Below are positions 1 to 8,324 of a stretch of 32,000 bases of DNA, in pieces (the stretch's first letter is position 1; each line of letters opens with the position of its first letter). This DNA is from an uncultured Polyangiaceae bacterium (GTDB lineage: Bacteria; Myxococcota_A; Polyangia; Polyangiales; Polyangiaceae): positions 70,587-102,586 of the forward strand of contig CAYVRP010000006.1 in NCBI GenBank assembly GCA_964454025.1, given 5' to 3'. The translations under genes and the position numbers were made by a program. The notes beneath the pieces were generated by a model. The model did no database searches. It worked only from the letters and a program-made list of their open reading frames with translations, and was not told where the DNA came from.

Positions 1-805
1 AGTCCACCATGCGGCCGCGGCGGCGCACGGAGAAGATGGTCCCGGTGACGAGCAGCTCGTCGGCCACGGCGCTCGCCTCGTCCACGAGCCCGCCGGGGTT
101 GTTGCGCAGGTCGATCAGGATCCCGACCAGCGGCCCCTCCCGCCGGAGGTCCCCGAGCGCGCGCAGCAGCTCGGTGTGGGTCCCCGTCTGGAACTGCTTG
201 ATGCGGAGGTAGCCGACGCCGCCGGCGAGCCGGCGCGCGGCGACGCTGGGGACCCGTACGACCTCGCGCACCAGCGTGAACACGAGCACCCCGGAGACGC
301 CCTCGCGGGCCACCGTGAGCCGGACCGGAGTCCCCGGGCGACCGCGCATCCGAGCGACGATCGCCGCCGGCGCGAGGGTGGTCAGGCTCTCGCCGTCCAC
401 GGCGAGGATGCGATCGCCGGGGAGGACCCCCGCGCGAGCGGCCGGCGCGCCCTCGATCGGAGCGAGGACGACCACGCCTTCGTCCTGGAAGTCCACCTCC
501 ACGCCGATCCCGGCGAAGCGACCCTCCGTTTCCTCCTGGAAGCGCGCTTTTTCCTCGGCGGGCAGGTACTCCGAGTGGGGATCGAGCTCGGCGACCAGGC
601 CCCGGATGGCCCCCGTGATCAGGCGCTCCGCGTCCACGGGTTCGACGTACTCGTCCTCCACCAGCGCCAGCACCCGGGCCATCTGATCGACCGCTCGATA
701 GGGGCTCTCGGCCGCCGTGTCGGCGTGGGCGCGGGGGGCGAGGAGTGCCGCCGCCAGGGTCGCGCCGAGCCAGCCCCGGACCCGGCCGCGTGGTCCCGTC
801 CCCAC
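1..805 (-). CDS. C-terminal processing (tail-specific) peptidase, family S41; N-terminal part with PDZ domain. The 3' end runs off the window.
   Basis: Minus-strand translation from GTG (complement of 803-805) reads VGTGPRGRVRGWLGATLAAALLAPRAHA (signal-like), then YRAVDQMARVLALVEDEYVEPVD, FAGIGVEVD, APIEGAPAARAGVLPGDRILAVDG (PDZ-like), YLRIKQF and IDLRNNPGGLVDEA (S41 hallmark). It is missing from the ORF track because there is no stop codon inside the window. Confidence 0.85.
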   Translation of the reverse strand, partial: MGTGPRGRVRGWLGATLAAALLAPRAHADTAAESPYRAVDQMARVLALVEDEYVEPVDAERLITGAIRGLVAELDPHSEYLPAEEKARFQEETEGRFAGIGVEVDFQDEGVVVLAPIEGAPAARAGVLPGDRILAVDGESLTTLAPAAIVARMRGRPGTPVRLTVAREGVSGVLVFTLVREVVRVPSVAARRLAGGVGYLRIKQFQTGTHTELLRALGDLRREGPLVGILIDLRNNPGGLVDEASAVADELLVTGTIFSVRRRGRMVD

Positions 806-973
806 GGGACCGGGAGGCCTCGTCCGGCGGGTGCGCTGGTCCCGCTCGGAGTGCCGGCGCCGCGCCGGGGCGCCACGGTCGGGCCAGGAAGGTGGGGGAA
901 GGTCGCGCGGCGCCACCGGCGGGAGCCTAGCCGGTATCCGCCGTTGCTTCACGCGCCCGCGAATGGTACTTAG

Positions 974-1243
974 GTGGCCCAAGGTAGGAGCATCGCCTCC
1001 GCACATCACCTCCGCACAAGGACACTGGCGCCGGTGGCTGAAAGCGAAACCAACAAGGGCAGCGACAAGCGCAAGCAGAGCCTCTACTTCCCGGAGGCGA
1101 TGCTGCAAGAGATCAAGGACGAAGCGGCGCGGCTCGACCGCTCCCTCTCCTGGGTCGTTCAGCGCGCGTGGAAGATGGCGCGTCTGGACATCAAGAAGAT
1201 CCCCAGCGTCAACGACGTGGAGGACGACACCGAGGCGGGCTGA
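974..1243 (+). CDS. Small ribbon-helix-helix (CopG/Arc-like) DNA-binding protein
   Basis: 89-aa ORF. The core KRKQSLYFPEAMLQEIKDEAARLDRSLSWVVQRAWKMA fits a beta-strand plus two helices, as in RHH proteins. An alternative GTG start at 1034 would give 69 aa. Confidence 0.65.
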   Translation: MAQGRSIASAHHLRTRTLAPVAESETNKGSDKRKQSLYFPEAMLQEIKDEAARLDRSLSWVVQRAWKMARLDIKKIPSVNDVEDDTEAG

Positions 1244-1436
1244 CGCGCGGCTCACGGGGGCCCCGGCAGCCGCGGCCACCCCGGCGTGCGGCCGAGACGC
1301 CTGAGATCGTGGGGTCATTCTGGCGGTAGCCGGGGGGGCGTGGTTTCGAGCCGAGGCGCCGCTGGGGCGCGAACGCCGTGGCCGGTGGCATTCGGGCCCC
1401 CGCGTGGGGTTCCTTCTCTGCTAGAATGAGAGGCGC

Positions 1437-2186
1437 GTGTCCGAGCCGTCACGGTGCGGCGGCGAGCGAAGCCACGTGGAAGAACGCCTCGACAGTGCGC
1501 TGATGGCCAGGCTCCTCGGGCTGCTCGCGCACGACCTCAGGAACCCGCTCTCCGCGCTGCAGAGCAACGTCAATTTCATCGGCGGCGCCGCGTTCGGCGC
1601 GGATCCGGAGATCCGTGAGGCCGTCGCCGACGCGGTCGTCTCCTGCGAGGCCCTCGGCCATGTCATCGAGAACATGGAGATCCTGGGCCAGGGGCTGACC
1701 CGCGCGCCGGTCCGGTTGCTCGAGCCCGTGGCCCTCCTCCCGATCGTGGAGGAGGGCGTGGCGACGCACCGCGAACTGGCCAGCAGCCATGGCGCCCGCC
1801 TCGAGCTCGCGCCGTCACGACTGGACCACAGCCTGCAGGTCATGACCCACCGGGACCTGCTGAGTCGGGCGCTCGGCAACCTGATCCGGAACGCCATCCA
1901 GTACGCATCGAGCGGAACCGTCACCGTCACCATCGAGCGCGAGGTCCGGCACGCCCGGGTCATCGTGGCGGATCCCGGGCCTCGGCTCGACCCCGCGCTT
2001 GCCGAGGTGGCCTTCCAGGTGCAGGGACAGCTCGAGGTGAAGTCCAACGCGAGGGGGCGCTACGGCCGCGGGCTGGGCCTTTACTGCGCGCGGACGGCCG
2101 CGACCATGGCGGGCGCGACGGTGGCACCCGTCGATCCACCCGCCGGCGCGTCGCACGCCATGGCGCTCTCCGTGGCGCTGCGTTGA
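1437..2186 (+). CDS. Soluble sensor histidine kinase (HisKA + HATPase_c, no recognisable input domain)
   Basis: H-box LLAHDLRNPLSAL, N-box LGNLIRNAIQYA, G1 ADPGPRL, G2 GRGLGLYCAR. No hydrophobic transmembrane segments. GTG start. Confidence 0.85.
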   Translation: MSEPSRCGGERSHVEERLDSALMARLLGLLAHDLRNPLSALQSNVNFIGGAAFGADPEIREAVADAVVSCEALGHVIENMEILGQGLTRAPVRLLEPVALLPIVEEGVATHRELASSHGARLELAPSRLDHSLQVMTHRDLLSRALGNLIRNAIQYASSGTVTVTIEREVRHARVIVADPGPRLDPALAEVAFQVQGQLEVKSNARGRYGRGLGLYCARTAATMAGATVAPVDPPAGASHAMALSVALR

Positions 2187-2217
2187 TGCACCGGGGGCCA
2201 CGCGAGCTCGCTCGGTT

Positions 2218-3435
2218 CTAGGGCTGCAGGATCGCGACCGTCTCCGGCTCTCGGAACAGGAGCTTGCCGGTTTCTCCCAGGCAACCCCAGCAGGTGCTGA
2301 AGTGGAGGCGCGGTCGGATGCTGTTGCTGTAGGCGAAGGCGACGGGCCCTGGCTCACGCTTCATCGCGAAGCTCGCCGCCAGGGCGTATTCGTCCGGCCC
2401 GACCACGTGGTAGGCCACGACGAACGAGACGTCGGCGCCCGAGCGTGCCGTGACGAGGAGGAATTCCACCCCGGGTGCCGGGTTCCAGCGCAGCGGCGCG
2501 ACCGTGAACGAGAAGCCCTTCTCGTCTCCCGGGCCTCGGCTGACGACGGTGCGCGCTGCATCGGGCTCACGGAACAGCTTGACGTCGCGGGCGAGCCAGG
2601 CAGTCCGGGGGTCGTCTGCGAGCAGGCGTTCGAGGCGGGCGGCGTCCAGCTTGTGCTTGGTGAAGGTGACGCCGAGGGCGGGCTCCCGGACCCGGGCGGC
2701 GTTCGGGGCGCCCCGGCAGCAGCGGAACCCCAGATCGTCGCTCTGGCTGTCGGGTGCGACGCTCTCTCGCCGCGCGCACCGGTGCTGGTCGGGGGGGGCC
2801 GCGGGGGGCGCGCCCCGGACGGCCGCGCGTCGTGGCCGCGCGTCGTCGGCGGGGAGGACGTCGCTCGCCGTCCACTCGCGAAGCGTGGAAAGCCCGAGCA
2901 CCTCGAACGCCGACGCGCAGCGCAGTGGGTCATTGCCGCACGACGGATCCCAGGCGGCGCCGGTCACGTACTCGTCGTTCGCGGGGCCCTTGCAGGCCCG
3001 CTCCCACTCGAGCTCGGTGCAGAGGCGGGCACCGCGCTCCGCGCAGCGGCGCTCGGCCTCGATCCGGGTGACTCCGCGGAGCGGCGGCGCTCCCGGGTCG
3101 TTGGGAAACGGCAGCCGGTCCATCCGGAAGCTCCCGAGCTCCACCTCGTAGGTTCGCGGCTCGAGGTCGGGTCTGCGGCCCGGAGTGCCCGGGCGGCTGC
3201 CGGCCAGGAGCTTGCCCCCGGGAATGTCGCTCAGCTCCTGCTTCAGTGGTGCCTGTGCCGGCGTTCGGACCGAGGGCGGCGCGGCGGGGCGGGTCGGCGC
3301 TGACGACGAGGGTGCCCCCCCCGTCGCTGGCGCGCGCGCGCACCCCGCGAGCCCGATGGCGAGCAGGAGCTCGGCGCTGGCCGCGGCGAGCGAGCGGGGG
3401 TCATGGCCGCGTCGCCTGCTTCTCGCGCTCGGCAT
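2218..3435 (-). CDS. Lipoprotein with an FGE/SUMF1-like (formylglycine-generating-enzyme fold) domain plus an uncharacterised C-terminal domain
   Basis: The ORF track gives 2218..3522. I prefer the internal ATG at 3435, which yields MPSARSRRRGHDPRSLAAASAELLLAIGLAGC (lipobox LAGC). FGE-family signature: GVTRIEAERRCAERGARLCTELEWERACKG, REWTAS, GFRCC. The C-terminal ~150 aa have no motif I recognise except CWGC. Confidence 0.75.
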   Translation of the reverse strand: MPSARSRRRGHDPRSLAAASAELLLAIGLAGCARAPATGGAPSSSAPTRPAAPPSVRTPAQAPLKQELSDIPGGKLLAGSRPGTPGRRPDLEPRTYEVELGSFRMDRLPFPNDPGAPPLRGVTRIEAERRCAERGARLCTELEWERACKGPANDEYVTGAAWDPSCGNDPLRCASAFEVLGLSTLREWTASDVLPADDARPRRAAVRGAPPAAPPDQHRCARRESVAPDSQSDDLGFRCCRGAPNAARVREPALGVTFTKHKLDAARLERLLADDPRTAWLARDVKLFREPDAARTVVSRGPGDEKGFSFTVAPLRWNPAPGVEFLLVTARSGADVSFVVAYHVVGPDEYALAASFAMKREPGPVAFAYSNSIRPRLHFSTCWGCLGETGKLLFREPETVAILQP

Positions 3436-3754
3436 CGTCGCGAGGAAAATACGCGGTCGGCACCGTCGGGCAAGCCCCCACCCCTCGGGCTCGCCGTCTC
3501 GTGCGCGCGGTCCCCGGCGCACCCCGGCGTGGCGCGGCGAGGCTGCCCCACACCCGCGCCGCGGTCAGTTCGAATGCTGCGACAAATCAAGGACCTAGAG
3601 CCCCTCGCCGGGTGCCGAGCTGGCGCGAGGCGGCGCTGGCGCCGCACCCGCGCCGAGGGAGGTCACCTTGCCCGCGGCGCCATCGCCGCTGGCGACCCGA
3701 GCGTTGCGCTAGTCGTTCGCCACCCGCCTTGACCGCTGCTATCCTGCATGACGG

Positions 3755-4000
3755 ATGGCGCATCCGCTGGCATCGCACCTGGCACCGCTCATGAGCCGTG
3801 ACGTCGACGAGCTTCGTCACGAGGTGGCCCAGTGGGTCATCAACGAGCACGATGAGCGGGAGCGGGCACGGTATCGGCGATTCGGCGCCGAGCTCCGGGC
3901 GGTCAAGGCCCGGATCGACGCCCGGGCAGCGCCGCCGAGCGAGGAGGAGCTCGAGATCGCCCTCACCGCGCTGCTCGTGCTGGTCGGGCGGCGCGCGTGA
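3755..4000 (+). CDS. Hypothetical small protein (81 aa)
   Basis: Third codon positions are mostly G/C, as in neighbouring real genes, and the composition is non-repetitive (VDELRHEVAQWVINEHDERERARYRRFGAELRAVKARIDA). No family recognised. Confidence 0.5.
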   Translation: MAHPLASHLAPLMSRDVDELRHEVAQWVINEHDERERARYRRFGAELRAVKARIDARAAPPSEEELEIALTALLVLVGRRA

Positions 4001-4115
4001 CCCGGCTCCGCGCCGTCGTCGTTCGGCTCGTGGGGCAGCGGCGGCCGTCGTTGCGCCTCGTTGCCGGGCGTGCCGTTCGGGACCATGCTCCGGCGCCGCT
4101 AGGCCACTCGCGCGA

Positions 4116-4709
4116 ATGCCCATGTCTCGTCGTCGTTCACTGCGCGGCCTGCCTCGCTCGCACCCCGACCGCGGAGCAAAGGGGCTCGAGGTCGGTCCGG
4201 ACACCGTCGTCACGCTCGCCTACGCGGTGCGGGACGAGGACGGGGCGCCCGTGGAGGACGTCCCCGCCGAGCCCCTGTCGGCGGTCTTCGGTCATGGTCA
4301 GCTGCTCCCCGCGATCGAGCGGGCTGCGCAGGGGCTGACGGTCGGCGACCGGGTGACCCTGCGCCTCGATCCCGCTTCGGCCTGGGGCGACTGGGATCCC
4401 GGCCGTGTGATCGAGGTGGACCGCGCCGAGGTGCCGGCGGACGCGGCGCCCGGGGACGTCTTCGAGGCCGAGCACGAGGGAGGCGCGATCGTCCTGTTGA
4501 AGGTGCTCGACGTTCGAGAAGCCACTGTGCTACTCGACACGAACCACCCATTGGCCGGCCAACGGGTGACGATCGAACTCGAGGTGCGAGGGGTGCGACC
4601 AGCGACCGAGGAGGAGCTCGAGCGGGCGGCGGCAGCCGCCCTGGCGACGGAGCGGTCCGACTTCGACGTGGCGCTCTCGCGCCTGCTCGACCGAGGGGTG
4701 CGGTCGTGA
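4116..4709 (+). CDS. slyD: FKBP-type peptidyl-prolyl cis-trans isomerase, SlyD-like (with inserted chaperone flap)
   Basis: Aligns by eye to E. coli SlyD: VVTLAYAVRDEDG, GHGQLLPAIERAAQGLTVGD, DTNHPLAGQRVTIELEVRGVRPATEEEL. Only the 3' part of track ORF 3798..4709 is protein-like. The first in-frame ATGs are at 4116 and 4122, so the start is uncertain. Confidence 0.8.
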   Translation: MPMSRRRSLRGLPRSHPDRGAKGLEVGPDTVVTLAYAVRDEDGAPVEDVPAEPLSAVFGHGQLLPAIERAAQGLTVGDRVTLRLDPASAWGDWDPGRVIEVDRAEVPADAAPGDVFEAEHEGGAIVLLKVLDVREATVLLDTNHPLAGQRVTIELEVRGVRPATEEELERAAAAALATERSDFDVALSRLLDRGVRS

Positions 4710-4838
4710 CCATCGGTTCGGCCCCCGGCCGCCCGGTCCTGCTCGCGCCCCGCGCCTCGGCCCGCCGCGCGGTCTAGACTGTGGCGCCCCTGCGGCGCCC
4801 TCGCCGGCGGCGCCGACCCTGGTGCCGCCCTGCACATC

Positions 4839-5225
4839 ATGGAGGACATCGACGCGATGACGGCCCCCGAGCTCTTCAAGTACGACGTTCGTGTGCGTGA
4901 CCGGATGGTTCAGTCGCACCGCCTCACCGAGGACCAGCTCGCGACCTACCTCGAACAGCTCCCAGACCTATCCGATCGCTGCGAGACGTTGCTCGCCAGT
5001 CAGCCTGCCATCGGCCCTCTGGAGCCCGAGCCACCGGTGCGCGAGGTGCATCGCCCCGTGGCGCCGGTCGCCCCGGTCGTGCCCATGCCCGTCGCGGCGA
5101 GCCCGCTCGCCATCGAGGACGACGAGGACGACGAGGACGACGAGGACGACGAGGACGACGAGGACGACGAGGACGAAGATGGTTTCGCCGGCCCCGCCGG
5201 CCCGGCCGACGGGGATCCGACGTGA
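4839..5225 (+). CDS. Hypothetical acidic protein with an (EDD)n tract
   Basis: 128-aa ORF with a protein-like N-terminus (MTAPELFKYDVRVRDRMVQSHRLTEDQLATYLEQLPDLS), a Pro/Val linker, then EDDEDDEDDEDDEDDEDDEDED. Its stop overlaps the next gene's GTG (GTGA at 5222-5225). Confidence 0.65.
   Translation: MEDIDAMTAPELFKYDVRVRDRMVQSHRLTEDQLATYLEQLPDLSDRCETLLASQPAIGPLEPEPPVREVHRPVAPVAPVVPMPVAASPLAIEDDEDDEDDEDDEDDEDDEDEDGFAGPAGPADGDPT
5115..5177 (+). repeat. Perfect 9-bp tandem repeat (GAGGACGAC) x6 plus one imperfect unit, inside CDS 4839..5225
   Basis: Read directly from the sequence: six identical units at 5115-5168, then GAGGACGAA. It encodes the (EDD)6 tract. Confidence 0.95.
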
Positions 5226-5578
5226 CCTCGGAGGCCGACCCCGGTGGTCGGAGTCCCCCGGACGTCCACGCCGGCGCTGCCGCTTTCGAGGAGGCCAGGT
5301 CACAGCGAGTCGAGGCCGCCGACGAGCTGCCCGAGATCGACTTCTCCACGTTCATCCTCTCGCTCGTTCACTCGGCGCTCGTCCACCTCGGGGATGCCCC
5401 GAACCCCGTCACGGGGCGTCCCGACGTGAGCCTCGCGCTCGCTCGCCAGACCATCGATCTGCTCGCGCTGTTGCAGGAGAAGACGCGCGGCAACCTCACG
5501 GGCGACGAGGAGCGGACGCTCGACGAAGCGCTGTACGACCTCCGGATGCGGTACGTCGAGGTGGCCAAGAACCGATGA
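5222..5578 (+). CDS. DUF1844 domain-containing protein
   Basis: IDFSTFILSLVHSALVHLGDAPNPVTGRPDVSLALARQTIDLLALLQEKTRGNLTGDEERTLDEALYDLRMRY matches the DUF1844 pattern as I remember it. The stop overlaps the htrA-like start (ATGA at 5575-5578). Confidence 0.8.
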   Translation: MTSEADPGGRSPPDVHAGAAAFEEARSQRVEAADELPEIDFSTFILSLVHSALVHLGDAPNPVTGRPDVSLALARQTIDLLALLQEKTRGNLTGDEERTLDEALYDLRMRYVEVAKNR

Positions 5579-6774
5579 GCGGACACCGAGCTCGAGGCTC
5601 CGTCTGGCGGCTCGGCGTGGCTTCGCTCGCCGTCGCGCTCGGGTTTGGCGGCGGGGTCGGTTGCCGCGGCTGGTTCGGCGCCAGACGGTCGGGGGCGGCC
5701 GCCTCGGCGAGCGGCTCGGCCGCCGTCGCGGTGCCGATCCTGCCGGTCGTCTCGGTGGTGGTGCCGCCCGCGGACGCGCCACGGAGCTTCGCGGATCTCG
5801 CCGCGAAGGCCAACCCCGCGGTCGTCTACGTCCAGACGCTGCAGGAGCAGACGAGCCTCCGCGGCCGCCGCCGGGTGGTCGGGGAGGGCCTGGGCAGTGC
5901 GTTCGTCTTCGCCCCGAGCGGCCTCATCCTGACCAACAACCACGTCATCGAGCACGCTACCGAGATCAGCGTGACCTTCGAGGGTCACCGCCGCATGCCG
6001 GCGACCGTGGTCGGGCGGGATAGCAAGACCGACATCGCGGTGCTCCGTGTCGAGGCCAAGGATCTGCCCTACCTCCCGCTCGGCGACTCCGACGCGACCC
6101 GGGTCGGGGACTGGGTGGTCGCGATCGGCAACCCCTTCGGGCTCTCGCACACGGTGTCGTCGGGCATCGTCTCGGCCAAGGGGCGGACGCAGCGAGACGT
6201 GCAGGGGCTCGGCGATCCGAGCGGCTACTTCAACTTCATCCAGACGGACGCGAGCATCAACCCGGGCAACTCCGGCGGTCCGCTGCTGGACCTCGCCGGA
6301 CAGGTGGTCGGCATCAACACCGCCATCCGCGCCCGCGCCAACAGCATCGGGTTCGCTGTCCCCATCAACATGGTCAAGGAGCTCCTGCCCCAGATCATCG
6401 CGGAGGGGCGGGTCAGGCGCTCGGCCATCGGTATCGAGATCCTCGATCTTACCCCCGAGGACGCGACCCGCCTCGGGCTCGCCGACACGGCCGGCGCGCT
6501 GGTGAAGCGAGTGCTCCCCGGCGGGCCGGGTGACCGCGCCGGGTTGCGCGTGGACGACGTGATCGTCGCCTTCAACGGCGAACCGGTCGAGGCTCCGCAG
6601 CGGCTCCGCTGGCGGGCCAGCCTCGCCGGCATCGGCAAGACGGTTCCGGTGCGGGTGGTGCGCGGCAGGCGGACCTTCGACCTGAACGTCACCCTGGGGG
6701 AGCTTGACCCGGAGGAGGCTGCCAGCCCCGGGTTCGGGGGCGAGCCGGAGGAGGGAACCCCCGGCGAGCCGTGA
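5575..6774 (+). CDS. HtrA/DegP-family serine endopeptidase (S1C) with one PDZ domain
   Basis: Real part of track ORF 4891..6774, starting at MSGHRARG (ATG 5575). N-terminal hydrophobic anchor LGVASLAVALGF. Catalytic triad contexts NNHVIEHA, DIAVLRV, GNSGGPL. PDZ-like LPGGPGDRAGLRVDDVIVAFNGEPV. Confidence 0.92.
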   Translation: MSGHRARGSVWRLGVASLAVALGFGGGVGCRGWFGARRSGAAASASGSAAVAVPILPVVSVVVPPADAPRSFADLAAKANPAVVYVQTLQEQTSLRGRRRVVGEGLGSAFVFAPSGLILTNNHVIEHATEISVTFEGHRRMPATVVGRDSKTDIAVLRVEAKDLPYLPLGDSDATRVGDWVVAIGNPFGLSHTVSSGIVSAKGRTQRDVQGLGDPSGYFNFIQTDASINPGNSGGPLLDLAGQVVGINTAIRARANSIGFAVPINMVKELLPQIIAEGRVRRSAIGIEILDLTPEDATRLGLADTAGALVKRVLPGGPGDRAGLRVDDVIVAFNGEPVEAPQRLRWRASLAGIGKTVPVRVVRGRRTFDLNVTLGELDPEEAASPGFGGEPEEGTPGEP

Positions 6775-6942
6775 GGCGTCCTGGCCTCCGGGGTTGGCGC
6801 CGGCGGCGGGGACGCGGGGGCCGTCCAGGAGGCGGGGAGGGGGCGAAACCACCCGCGGAAGGCTGGCGACCGTCGCGACCAGCCTTGGTCGCGGGCCGCA
6901 TCCCGGGGGGGCAGAGCCCCCTCGTCGAGCGTAGAGTATCGG

Positions 6943-7707
6943 GTGATGTCCGTCGACGCCCACCGGTCTTCGGGCCACGCCGCCGCCTTCGCCCGCGGGT
7001 CGGGGGCCGGCGCCGAGGGGGCGCATGATCGAAATGTCAGGGGGGTGAATAGCGCCTCCGCGTCGGCGTCCAACCGGACGAACCGCGAGCACGAGGCGGA
7101 GCAGGACCGTGACCTCATCGAACGCGCACGAGACGGCGACCGACGGGCGTTCCGCACGCTGGTGGAGCGCCACCAGCGGCGCGCCTTCGCCATCGCGCTG
7201 GCGCTGGTTCGTGACGAGCACGACGCGCGTGAGGTGGTCCAGGAGGCCTTCCTGCGGGTGCACCGAGGGCTCGACACCTTCCACGGGGGCTCCACCTTCT
7301 TCCCCTGGCTCTATCGGATCGTCACCAACCTCGCCATCGACCTCGTGCGCCGGCCGGGGCGCCGGGAGGCGGAGCTCGACGAGGAACGCCACCGCGCTGA
7401 CGAGGCGGAGATCCCCTTCTTGGCGCGTATCGACGGGGCCGACCCCATGGACGTGGTTCGCCGCCACGAGCTCGCGGGGCGGCTCCAGGCCGCGCTCGAC
7501 GCGCTGCCCCCCTATCACCGCGGTGTCATCCTCATGCGTGAGGTCGAGGGCATGAGCTACGAAGAGATGGCCCAGGCGACGGGGGTGTCCAAGGGCACCA
7601 TCATGAGCCGCCTGTACCACGCGCGGCAGAAGCTCCAGCGGGCTCTGTCGGACTGCTATCGGGAGGAGTTGGGGACGGCGCCTCCGGGGCCGGGGGAGGG
7701 GCCATGA
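6943..7707 (+). CDS. ECF (group 4) sigma-70 family RNA polymerase sigma factor
   Basis: Region 2: DLIERARDGDRRAFRTLVERHQRRAFAIALALVRDEHDAREVVQEAFLRVHRGLDTF and FFPWLYRIVTNLAIDLVRR. Region 4: LPPYHRGVILMREVEGMSYEEMAQATGVSKGTIMSRLYHARQKL. The ~50 aa before region 2 may not be translated; an alternative GTG lies at 7045. Confidence 0.9.
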   Translation: MMSVDAHRSSGHAAAFARGSGAGAEGAHDRNVRGVNSASASASNRTNREHEAEQDRDLIERARDGDRRAFRTLVERHQRRAFAIALALVRDEHDAREVVQEAFLRVHRGLDTFHGGSTFFPWLYRIVTNLAIDLVRRPGRREAELDEERHRADEAEIPFLARIDGADPMDVVRRHELAGRLQAALDALPPYHRGVILMREVEGMSYEEMAQATGVSKGTIMSRLYHARQKLQRALSDCYREELGTAPPGPGEGP

Positions 7708-8324
7708 GACGCGTCGATCCGCTCCGTCTCATGCTGCTTCATGACGGCGAGCTGCCCGAGGGCGAGACCGCGGAGCTTCAGCACCTGCTCGCTGGCGATC
7801 CGGACGCGCGCGCCGCGTTGGACGGCCTCGACCAGCTCGGGGACTTCCTCCGTCGCTACGCGGACGAGCGCTCGGCAGGTGTCGGCGACCTGGCGGCGGA
7901 AGTGATGGCGCGGCTCGACGAGGAGCCGTCGCGGGTTTCCGGCTGGCGCCAGCACCGTCCGGCTCGATTCGGCGGGGGAGGAAGGCGCTGGGTCTGGGGC
8001 GCCGTCGGCGCGCTCGCGGCGGCGGCGGCGCTCACCCTGCTCTTCGCGGCGCGGCGGTCGGGCGCGCCCGAGGTGGAGGCCGCCCGGCTCGCGGCCCTGG
8101 CGTCGGCCGCCCGCTCCGCCGCCCTGCAGCCGGGACCTGCGCGGGGAGTGCTCGCCGCCGCCCCGCGCGACACGTCCGAGCCGGGGGTCAGCATCGAGGC
8201 GGTGGACTTCGGCCCGAGAAACGGCACCATCTTCATGGTCCCCGCGGGGGGTGAGGCGACGACGCCGGTGGTCTGGGTCGTGGATCCGCCCGCCGCCAGC
8301 GGGGCTGAGGCAAGACCGCTATGA
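7704..8324 (+). CDS. Anti-sigma factor (single-pass membrane protein, no Cys/His zinc motif)
   Basis: ATGA overlap with the sigma gene. The N-terminal anti-sigma-like helix region is LMLLHDGELPEGETAELQHLLAGDPDARAALDGLDQLGDFLRRY. One transmembrane segment, WVWGAVGALAAAAALTLLFAA. Confidence 0.75.
   Translation: MRRVDPLRLMLLHDGELPEGETAELQHLLAGDPDARAALDGLDQLGDFLRRYADERSAGVGDLAAEVMARLDEEPSRVSGWRQHRPARFGGGGRRWVWGAVGALAAAAALTLLFAARRSGAPEVEAARLAALASAARSAALQPGPARGVLAAAPRDTSEPGVSIEAVDFGPRNGTIFMVPAGGEATTPVVWVVDPPAASGAEARPL

Noticed and set aside
6845-6874. ECF-type autoregulatory promoter upstream of the sigma gene (GAAAC … CGTC).
   Set aside because: The spacing between the two elements is about 21 nt, against the usual 16-17 nt. 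No better candidate was seen by eye.
5368-7620. Very long ORFs antisense to real genes: 5368..7620(-), 7856..9478(-), 9040..11106(+), 11015..13048(-), 11536..13254(+), 14546..16297(-), 15900..17267(+), 22177..24177(-), 26488..28197(+), 26975..29293(-).
   Set aside because: Their products are Arg/Pro/Gly/Ala-rich and motif-free, and they lie opposite ORFs with clear family signatures. These are the shadow ORFs expected in DNA of this GC content.
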